Shown in pieces: positions 9,859 to 16,468 of a stretch of DNA of 16,468 bases; the stretch's first letter is position 1; each line of letters opens with the position of its first letter. A program made the translations under genes and the position numbers. The notes under the pieces are model-generated. The model ran no database searches. It was not told the DNA's origin and saw only the letters and a list, made by a program, of their open reading frames with translations. Source of the stretch: an uncultured Deferribacteres bacterium (GTDB taxonomy: Bacteria; Zhuqueibacterota; Zhuqueibacteria; Zhuqueibacterales; Geothermadaptataceae); NCBI GenBank assembly GCA_964014485.1, contig CAXHAT010000175.1:1-16468 (forward strand), in the 5' to 3' direction.

Positions 9859-11108
9859 CGGCGATTTTTGACAAATGCAGGCAGTTCTATTCCGAAGCGG
9901 AATACGCGCGAAAACTGGGCTGGCCGGCCAATCCGCGACTGGCGCAGGCGTTAGGGCTTTATCCCTACTTCCTCCCGATTGATCAATCCGAAGGAACGGA
10001 AGTCGTGATCGACGGCGAACGGCTGATCATGATCGGCTCGAACAATTACCTTGGCTTGACGACGCACCCTCGCGTCCGAGAAGCGGCGGCTCAGGCGGTC
10101 AAAAAATACGGCACGGGATGCACAGGCTCAAGATTTCTGAACGGCACGTTGGAAATGCATCTTGAACTGGAAGAACGGCTGGCGGAGTTCGTCAGCAAAG
10201 AAAAAGCCCTGGTTTTCAGCACCGGTTTTCAAACGAATTTAGGCACGATCACGGCGGTGGCGGGCAAGGACGACGTCATTATTTGCGACAAGGACGATCA
10301 CGCCAGCATCGTTGACGCAGCCTTTCTCGCGAAAGCCGAAAACGGCGCCGAGATGCGATTTTTCCGCCACAACAACATGCACTTGCTGGAAAAAATTCTT
10401 GCTCACTATCCGCACGAGCGGGGAAAATTGGTCGTCGTTGATGGCGTTTTCAGCATGGGCGGGGACGTTGCGCCGCTGCCTGAAATCGTCGAGTTGTGCG
10501 AAAAATACGGCGCGGCGTTGATGGTTGACGAAGCGCATTCACTGGGCGTTCTGGGCGGCGGAAGAGGCGTTGCCGCTGAATTCGAATGCGTCGAAAAAGT
10601 CGATCTCATCATGGGAACGTTCAGCAAATCCTTCGCTTCGATTGGCGGATTTGTCGCGGCGGACAAGGAAATCATCCAGTGGATTCAGCATTTTGGCCGC
10701 TCGTTCATGTTCAGCGCCAGCCTGCCGCCCGCGAGCGTTGCAACCGTGCTCGCCGCTTTGGAGGTCATCGCCGAAGAGCCGGAGCGCATCCGTCGCGTCA
10801 ATGAAATCGCGGCGTACATGCGTTCGGAATTGCGGGCGATGGGCTACGACGTTGGCGACAGCCAAACACCGATCGTGCCCGTGATCATCGGCGACCAGTT
10901 CAAAACGATGCAAGTGTGGGACAAGCTTTTTCGGGCGGGCGTTTATACCAATGCCGCATTGCCGCCCGCCGTCCCCGCCCATCGTTCCTTGCTGCGCACG
11001 AGCTTCATGGCAACGCACACGGACGCCCAAATGGAAAAAGTGCTGCGCGCGTTTCGGGGAGTGGGTGAAGAACTTGATTTGTTGAAAGGACGGAAAGAAT
11101 TCGCGTAG
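9855..11108 (+). CDS. spt: PLP-dependent alpha-oxoamine synthase, serine palmitoyltransferase-like
   Basis: GLYPYF.PI..SEGTEV, GSNNYLGL, GTGCTGSRFLNGT, DHASI, VDEAHS, PLP-lysine motif GTFSKS and a PPAVP loop. YPYF and GTFSKS point to SPT rather than BioF or Kbl, and a CerS-like gene lies nearby. Confidence 0.8.
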   Translation: MTAIFDKCRQFYSEAEYARKLGWPANPRLAQALGLYPYFLPIDQSEGTEVVIDGERLIMIGSNNYLGLTTHPRVREAAAQAVKKYGTGCTGSRFLNGTLEMHLELEERLAEFVSKEKALVFSTGFQTNLGTITAVAGKDDVIICDKDDHASIVDAAFLAKAENGAEMRFFRHNNMHLLEKILAHYPHERGKLVVVDGVFSMGGDVAPLPEIVELCEKYGAALMVDEAHSLGVLGGGRGVAAEFECVEKVDLIMGTFSKSFASIGGFVAADKEIIQWIQHFGRSFMFSASLPPASVATVLAALEVIAEEPERIRRVNEIAAYMRSELRAMGYDVGDSQTPIVPVIIGDQFKTMQVWDKLFRAGVYTNAALPPAVPAHRSLLRTSFMATHTDAQMEKVLRAFRGVGEELDLLKGRKEFA

Positions 11109-11191
11109 AAGCAAAATTTCGGCTGAATGAATACGGAATTTGCTCTTTGACGCACTTTACAAGCCGACATTAGAAAACTGGACGAAACAAA

Positions 11192-11905
11192 ATGGAAATG
11201 CAAAATGACGCCCAATCAGGCAGCGTTGATTTCAGTTCTACTATCTCTCGTCTAGATTTGAAGGCAAAAAAATCTAGGAACAGAGTGACTATAATATCGA
11301 TGCTGCTCTTTTCTTTTGTAGCAGCGTATGCTGTAATCGTGTTCTACGAATTATTGGATAGGAACCTAATCGGGACAGAAGTCACTATTGCCGGTACTTA
11401 CAACCGCCCAGAATTAGAAAGGAATCTCGTTCGGCGTGTTTCAGTTTTGGTTGACTCATTGATCGGCAGCCGATTCCATTCCAAAAGTATAGAGAAGTTT
11501 CAGCCGCCGTCTCTTCATGATGCTGTGAGGCTTGAAAAAAGGATAGAAAAAGCTCTGAACGATCTCAATAGCGTCGCGAAAATTGTCGATACCGGAAAAA
11601 GGGGGACTTCAAATTCTTCAGCAATCGCGAATGCCGTCACAAACGGCATTTTTGGCTTAGGGGCTATTGCGTTCGTGATTTTGATGATTCAGATGGCCCT
11701 CATGTTCATGAAATATCACACAAGACTGGCAGAACTTTATGAAGCGCAGGCGGACGCTTTGCGGGCTTCTAACGGTGATGCGGACAGAGCTTATCGCTTC
11801 ATGGAGCAATTCTCTCCAAATGTTATTGAAATTGGCAGGTCGCCCGTGACCTTATATGAAAAGGCACTGGAAACGGTGAAGGAAGTTGCTAAAAGAACAA
11901 AATGA
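11192..11905 (+). CDS. Hypothetical membrane protein (two predicted TM helices), atypical base composition
   Basis: 237-aa ORF with hydrophobic segments VTIISMLLFSFVAAYAVIVFY and IFGLGAIAFVILMIQMALMFM. Three 60-nt lines I counted were 37-43% GC, versus 55-63% for two lines of spt. Confidence 0.75.
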   Translation: MEMQNDAQSGSVDFSSTISRLDLKAKKSRNRVTIISMLLFSFVAAYAVIVFYELLDRNLIGTEVTIAGTYNRPELERNLVRRVSVLVDSLIGSRFHSKSIEKFQPPSLHDAVRLEKRIEKALNDLNSVAKIVDTGKRGTSNSSAIANAVTNGIFGLGAIAFVILMIQMALMFMKYHTRLAELYEAQADALRASNGDADRAYRFMEQFSPNVIEIGRSPVTLYEKALETVKEVAKRTK

Positions 11906-12064
11906 GTTTTGAAGCAAGAACCATCGAAAATCTATGGAACTGCCAACAGAATGGATGAGTGAACTTGAATTTTCGATCTATGTGCGCAAATACCAGATTT
12001 TGCATAGGCCGACGGGAACGGGAAAAGCCATTGCTCTTGATTTTTAAAAGAGGAGGATTTTTTC

Positions 12065-13360
12065 ATGGAAACCCTGCAAGCAAAAGATTTAACCGCGCTC
12101 CAGGAAATTACACCCAACGGCAAGGCGTTCGACACGTCAAAGCTTTTCCGCCTGCCCTGGTCGCTCTCCGATAACGCGATGACCTGGCTGGAACCGACGC
12201 GCAAATGCAACATCGTCTGCGACGCCTGTTTTCACATGAACGACCCGCTCAGCCAGAAGTCGCTCGAGCAAATCGAGCTGGAAGTCAAAACGATGTTGAA
12301 ATTGCGTCGATGTGACGCCATGCTCATCGCCGGGGGCGAGCCGCTCACCCATCCGAATATCGCGGAAATTACGCGCATTGTGAAATCCTACGGCGTGAAG
12401 CCCGTGCTCATCACCAACGGCGTTGGCTTGAACCGCTCAAAAATCCACAGACTAAAAGAAGCGGGGATGCACGGCTTCACTTTCCACATCGATTCTCACC
12501 AGCATCGTCCGGGGTGGAGGGGCAAAACCGAAACCGAACTCAACGAATTGCGCCAGGAGTTCGCCGACATGCTCGCCGAAGAAGGCGGTCTTTCTTGCGC
12601 CTACAACATGACGGTTTTTCCCGATACTTTAAAAGACGTTCCCGCCGTCGTCGAATGGGCGGCGAAAAACATCGACAAGGTCAATATTATGACTTTGATT
12701 CCGGTCAGGATGGTCAGCGCGTCCGATCCGTATAATTTTTATGCGGGCGGCGAACGCATCGCGATTTCCGACACGCCGTATTTGTCGAAAGAAAATTATC
12801 GCGACTTGACTGCGCCGGAAGTTTATGACGAGATTTTGAAAGCTTTGCCCGATTTCAAATTCAACGCCTACCTCGGCGGCACGGCGCTTCCCGCAACGCC
12901 GAAATGGATCATCGGCAATCATCTCGGCACGAAGGAACGCTTCTTCGGCAACATGGGGCCAAAAACGATGGAATTGCTGCAAAACGTCTATCATATGTTC
13001 GCCGGATCGTATCTCGCCTACGCGAAACCCAGCCTCTCCAGAAAAGCAAAGTTGATGTTCTTTTTCAGTCTGTTCGACAAAGAACTCAGGAAAACGGCGG
13101 GGCGCTTTTTTCGTGAAGCATTCCGCAATCCATCCTTGTTTTTGAAAAACTTACACATTCAATCGATTTCGGTAGTGCAGCCCGTTGATATTTTGCCGAA
13201 CGGCGAAAAAGACAACTGCGACGGCTGCCCGAACATGACCTACTGGGAAGGCCGTCTCGTCGCCGCTTGCCGCCTGGAAGAATACTTGATTTACGGCGGC
13301 CCGATTTCCGTCACGCCGAAAGACCCGGCGGAAAACGGCAAGGAGGCGAGCGTGTCATGA
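12065..13360 (+). CDS. Radical SAM protein with additional C-terminal cysteines
   Basis: AGGAGG SD, CX3CX2C (CNIVCDAC), GGEP, TNG and a C-terminal CDGCPN...AACRLEE. Confidence 0.92.
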   Translation: METLQAKDLTALQEITPNGKAFDTSKLFRLPWSLSDNAMTWLEPTRKCNIVCDACFHMNDPLSQKSLEQIELEVKTMLKLRRCDAMLIAGGEPLTHPNIAEITRIVKSYGVKPVLITNGVGLNRSKIHRLKEAGMHGFTFHIDSHQHRPGWRGKTETELNELRQEFADMLAEEGGLSCAYNMTVFPDTLKDVPAVVEWAAKNIDKVNIMTLIPVRMVSASDPYNFYAGGERIAISDTPYLSKENYRDLTAPEVYDEILKALPDFKFNAYLGGTALPATPKWIIGNHLGTKERFFGNMGPKTMELLQNVYHMFAGSYLAYAKPSLSRKAKLMFFFSLFDKELRKTAGRFFREAFRNPSLFLKNLHIQSISVVQPVDILPNGEKDNCDGCPNMTYWEGRLVAACRLEEYLIYGGPISVTPKDPAENGKEASVS

Positions 13361-15033
13361 AGAAAATTCTGTTGACCACCGTCCATCGTCCGCTTGGTGT
13401 GGAGAGCGAAACCTGCACGCCGAATATTCAGGCGGAAATGTATCACGTGCAAGTCACGCGCTCGCAGGGGCCGTTCAGCATCCGGTCGGTTTGCACAGGT
13501 TGGGGCTTGGAATTCATCGCGGCAAATCTCGAAGCGCCGGTGACCGTTTTGCACTATCCAACCAAGAGCATTCTCTTACGAGAATTACGCAAAGGCTACG
13601 ATTACGTCGGCGTCAGCTTTGTCATGTGTACCTTCCCGAAAACCATTGAATTGTGCGAGATGGTGCGCCGGGTTGCGCCGCAAAGCAAAATCGTTTTGGG
13701 CGGCTACGGAACCGTGCTGGAAGAATGCGACCAATACGCGGATTTTGTTTGCCGTGAGGAAGGCGTGAATTTTTTCAGAAGGCTGCTGGGAGAGCCTGAA
13801 GTCGGAAAATTCAAAACGCCGCGCATTATGCGAAAACTGAAAATCATGTCCGTCACCACGCGCCCGGAGGCGATTATCCCGGCTGGTTTGGGCTGCTCGC
13901 GCGGCTGTGATTTTTGTTGCACCAGCCATTTTTTCGACCGCAAGCACGTGCCGCTGCTCAAATCGGGCAGAGAAATTCACGAAGCCATGGTCGCGGCCGA
14001 TTTTCGCGGCAAGTCATTTCGCAATATCGGCATTATCGACGAAGACTTCCTGTCCGACCGGAACCGCATCGAAGAAATGATTCATCTCAACGCGAAGGAA
14101 ATTGAAAAACCGATTTTCTTTTCCTGCCTGACCAGCCTTTTGAGCCTCTCGCAATATACCGATGAAGAATTGCTGTCGATGGGGCTGTCCGGCGTGTGGG
14201 TTGGGATCGAATCGAAACGCGCGAAATATAAAAAACTCAAAAACTTTGACGCCGCAGTAATGATCGACGCGCTGAAGCATCTCGGAATCATTCCGCTAAC
14301 CTCGATGATCATCGGCTACGACTGGCACGACGAAGAAACGATTGAGGAAGATTTTCAATATCTCGTCTCGCTAAAACCAGCGTTTTCGCAGATCATGATT
14401 TACAGTCCTTGTCCGCAAACGCCGCTCTATCGCAAGGTTCAACGTCTGGATCGGCATGTTGACATTCCTTACAAATATCACGACGGTTTTCATACGCTCT
14501 TCAAGCATCCCAACCTCAGCGGGGAGAGATTGGAGAGAATTTTGGGCGAGCTTTTCGAGCGTGAATATGAAGAGTTGGGGCCGTCGGTTTGTCGCGTGCT
14601 CGAAGTCCAAATGTTGGGTTATATCACGCTGCACAACAGCGCGAATCCACTTTTCCGGGCACGGGCGCGAGAGCAGAAAAAGCTTTGTTTGGAAATTTAC
14701 CCGCTGCTCAAAACGGCCATCAAGGAAGCGCCGTCCGACAAAGTGCGCGCTTATCTGGTCAGCCTGAAAGAGCAGGTAGAAGATTTGTTCAGGATTCCGA
14801 AGTTGACGAAAACGTTGGAGTTCTTTGTCCCGGCGCTCGCCGCGTACACGCGATTGAAAGACAAACTGATCCCAAATCCACAGCCTCCGGCGCTGATCAA
14901 TCGGTATCGTTTTCAAAATGGAATGCAGCGTCCCGCATCTGGGCCTCAAAAAAATGAACGCGATTCTGAACATGAATTTGAACCTTCGCCTGAAAATTTG
15001 ACGCGGAGGCGAGAGCAAATCGACGTTTATTAG
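13357..15033 (+). CDS. Cobalamin (B12)-binding radical SAM protein
   Basis: ATG 13357 overlaps the upstream TGA and has AGGAGG at 13341-13346. N-terminal B12-binding-like YDYVGVSF...KIVLGGYG...FVCREEG, CX3CX2C (CSRGCDFC), IIDEDF, VGIES, IIGYD and SPCPQTPLY. Confidence 0.88.
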   Translation: MKKILLTTVHRPLGVESETCTPNIQAEMYHVQVTRSQGPFSIRSVCTGWGLEFIAANLEAPVTVLHYPTKSILLRELRKGYDYVGVSFVMCTFPKTIELCEMVRRVAPQSKIVLGGYGTVLEECDQYADFVCREEGVNFFRRLLGEPEVGKFKTPRIMRKLKIMSVTTRPEAIIPAGLGCSRGCDFCCTSHFFDRKHVPLLKSGREIHEAMVAADFRGKSFRNIGIIDEDFLSDRNRIEEMIHLNAKEIEKPIFFSCLTSLLSLSQYTDEELLSMGLSGVWVGIESKRAKYKKLKNFDAAVMIDALKHLGIIPLTSMIIGYDWHDEETIEEDFQYLVSLKPAFSQIMIYSPCPQTPLYRKVQRLDRHVDIPYKYHDGFHTLFKHPNLSGERLERILGELFEREYEELGPSVCRVLEVQMLGYITLHNSANPLFRARAREQKKLCLEIYPLLKTAIKEAPSDKVRAYLVSLKEQVEDLFRIPKLTKTLEFFVPALAAYTRLKDKLIPNPQPPALINRYRFQNGMQRPASGPQKNERDSEHEFEPSPENLTRRREQIDVY

Positions 15034-15086
15034 CCAGCCCGGACAATTCGGGATCAAGCGTCGGCGATCAATCAACCTCGTGACTT

Positions 15087-15162
15087 AACGCAGAGGCGCT
15101 GAGATCGGAGAGCTTCGCTGAGTTTTTTCTGTGCTGCTCAGCGTCCTTTCCGTCTCTGCGTT
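15087..15162. repeat. REP-like inverted repeat (AACGCAGAGGCG type)
   Basis: AACGCAGAGGCG (15087-15098) / CGTCTCTGCGTT (15151-15162), 12 bp with one G-T pair. Internal CGCTGAG / CTCAGCG copies. Confidence 0.65.
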
Positions 15163-15277
15163 GTGAAAAGCCTTGCCAAAAACTCGTGCTCGAATGTTTT
15201 ATCGACTATGACGGAAATCAAACGATGTTACATGCCGTCACAAACTAATTCTTACCTATAAGTCCGGGCAAGAACTT

Positions 15278-15486
15278 AGCTCCAAAGGAGCGGAATGGGA
15301 TAGCGAAGGGCGAAGCCCTGGAAATTCGGGGCAACCTTGTTTTCACAAAGCCCTGAAAGGGCGAAATAAATTGCCGTCCTGGCTTCGACGCTGCATTATG
15401 CCGCCCTTTCAGGGCTTTGAAGAGGGAGGGGGCGCTCATTTTCCAGGGCGCTGCCCTTCGCTATTACATTTGACCCCGTTGGGTCT
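15278..15486. mobile_element. About 210-bp nested palindromic non-autonomous element (MITE/REPIN-like)
   Basis: Perfect arms: CAAAGCCCTGAAAGGGCG 15346-15363 / 15402-15419 (18 bp), GCCCTGGAAA 15315-15324 / 15440-15449 and ATAGCGAAGGGC 15300-15311 / 15453-15464. Small terminal hairpins GCTCCAAAGGAGC and GACCCCGTTGGGTC. No transposase is in the window, so mobility is inferred. Confidence 0.7.
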
Positions 15487-15573
15487 TCTGAATTCGCCGA
15501 CAATATCCTTCAGTCCGGCGCTAATGAGACGATGCTCGCCCCAAGACTCAGGATGCGCGGCAATGTATAAAAT

Positions 15574-15696
15574 GGAGTGCAAGGCTTGCCTTGCTATTCC
15601 TGTGATGATTTTCTCAAAACTTGTCGTTAAACGTTCCAAATTTGCTGCTCTTTTCTTGCGGGTTGAACCAAAAGAGCAAAGCAAGCTTTGCACTCC
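15574..15696. repeat. GGAGTGC...GCACTCC-type REP doublet
   Basis: GGAGTGCAAGGCTTGCCTTGCT (15574-15595) and AGCAAAGCAAGCTTTGCACTCC (15675-15696) are complementary at 20 of 22 positions. Confidence 0.7.
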
Positions 15697-15750
15697 TTGC
15701 CTTTTCGGCGCGGTGCGTAATATCATTTACTCAATTCAGGAACGAGTTAT

Positions 15751-16468
15751 ATGATGGTGCAATCTGTCAAGAATCGCGGAGAGTTGCGCGCGTTTATCCA
15801 TTTGCCCGCGAAGCTCCACCGCCGGCATGAAAAATGGGTTCCGCCGATTTATGCTCAGGAGTGGAAATACCTCAGTCCTGAAAAGAACAAGGCCTTTCCC
15901 TACTGCGACGTTGTTTTGGCGCTTGCCGTTCGGGACGGAAAGCCGGAAGGTAGAATCATGGGCATAATCAATCGGCGCAGCAACGAATTACGCCAGGAAA
16001 AAACGGCGCGATTCGGGCTGCTCGAATGCCCCGACGATGCGGAAACGGCGCAAGCGCTGCTGGATTATATCGAGAGCTGGGCGCGGGGCCGCGGCATGGA
16101 GAAGATCGTCGGGCCGATGGGATTCAGCGATCAAGACCCGGAAGGATTTTTGATCGAAGGATTCGAGTTTGAGCCGACTTTGGCGACCTACTACAATTTC
16201 GAATATATGATCGATCTTGTGACCTCCGCCGGGTACTCAAAAGAAATCGAGTATGTCGTCTACAAAGTGCCGGTTGCGGAGCCGCCGCAAATTTACAAAA
16301 AAATCAGCGCCAGAATTGCGAAACGGAAGGAATTCTCGCTTCGGGAATTTAGCAAACGGCGGGAACTCAAACCGTTCATTGTGCCGGTTTTCGAGCTGAT
16401 TAATGAGACTTTCCTTGAAATTTACGGCTTTGTCCCGCTTGATCAGGAAGAAATGGCCGCGCTTGCAC
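15751..16468 (+). CDS. GNAT-fold N-acyltransferase, YghO / bacterial ceramide synthase (CerS)-like, 3'-truncated by the window end
   Basis: Not in the ORF track. Manual translation is open for 239 codons to the window end: MMVQSVKNRGELRAFIHLP...WVPPI...GRIMGIIN...ARFGLLEC...LLDYIESWARGRGMEKIVGPMGFSDQDPEGFLIEGF...YYNFEY...GYSKEIEY...YGFVPL, which fits the YghO/CerS family pattern. Confidence 0.82.
   Translation, partial: MMVQSVKNRGELRAFIHLPAKLHRRHEKWVPPIYAQEWKYLSPEKNKAFPYCDVVLALAVRDGKPEGRIMGIINRRSNELRQEKTARFGLLECPDDAETAQALLDYIESWARGRGMEKIVGPMGFSDQDPEGFLIEGFEFEPTLATYYNFEYMIDLVTSAGYSKEIEYVVYKVPVAEPPQIYKKISARIAKRKEFSLREFSKRRELKPFIVPVFELINETFLEIYGFVPLDQEEMAALA

Noticed and set aside
9855..11108. 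Annotation as BioF (8-amino-7-oxononanoate synthase) or Kbl
   Set aside because: No bio or tdh genes are nearby, and the YPYF and GTFSKS motifs plus the CerS-like neighbour favour SPT. Not formally excluded without a phylogeny.
11906..12064. Integron attC site after the low-GC gene
   Set aside because: No convincing RYYYAAC...GTTRRRY pair with an internal palindrome; only a weak hairpin near 11978-12007.
15245..15830. Short ORFs 15245-15439, 15371-15754, 15436-15726 and 15621-15830
   Set aside because: They are translations of palindromic repeats or out-of-frame overlaps with the cerS-like gene, with no protein motifs.

Overview
Bacterial genomic DNA, roughly 50-55% GC by eye, at the left end of a contig: bases 9-42 are an untrimmed Illumina Nextera adapter. 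The left half holds mostly unlinked genes: a DUF1080 fragment, a nitrobindin, an RRM RNA-binding protein on the minus strand that seems to have lost its stop codon, a SAM methyltransferase, a TPR lipoprotein, a polytopic membrane PP2C/SpoIIE phosphatase and a secreted alpha/beta-hydrolase. The right half (8722-16468, all + strand) is the most interesting part. It looks like a bacterial sphingolipid/ceramide locus: a serine palmitoyltransferase-type enzyme and a CerS/YghO-like GNAT, the latter missing from the ORF track because it runs off the window. With them are enzymes not in the described Spt/CerS/CerR pathway: a saccharopine-dehydrogenase-family reductase coupled to spt, and a coupled pair of a radical SAM enzyme and a cobalamin-dependent radical SAM enzyme. 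An AT-richer membrane-protein gene interrupts the cluster. The intergenic regions carry several unrelated REP/MITE-like palindromic elements, one set apparently read in frame at the 5' end of a gene. All family calls come from motif recognition by eye; no database search was run.
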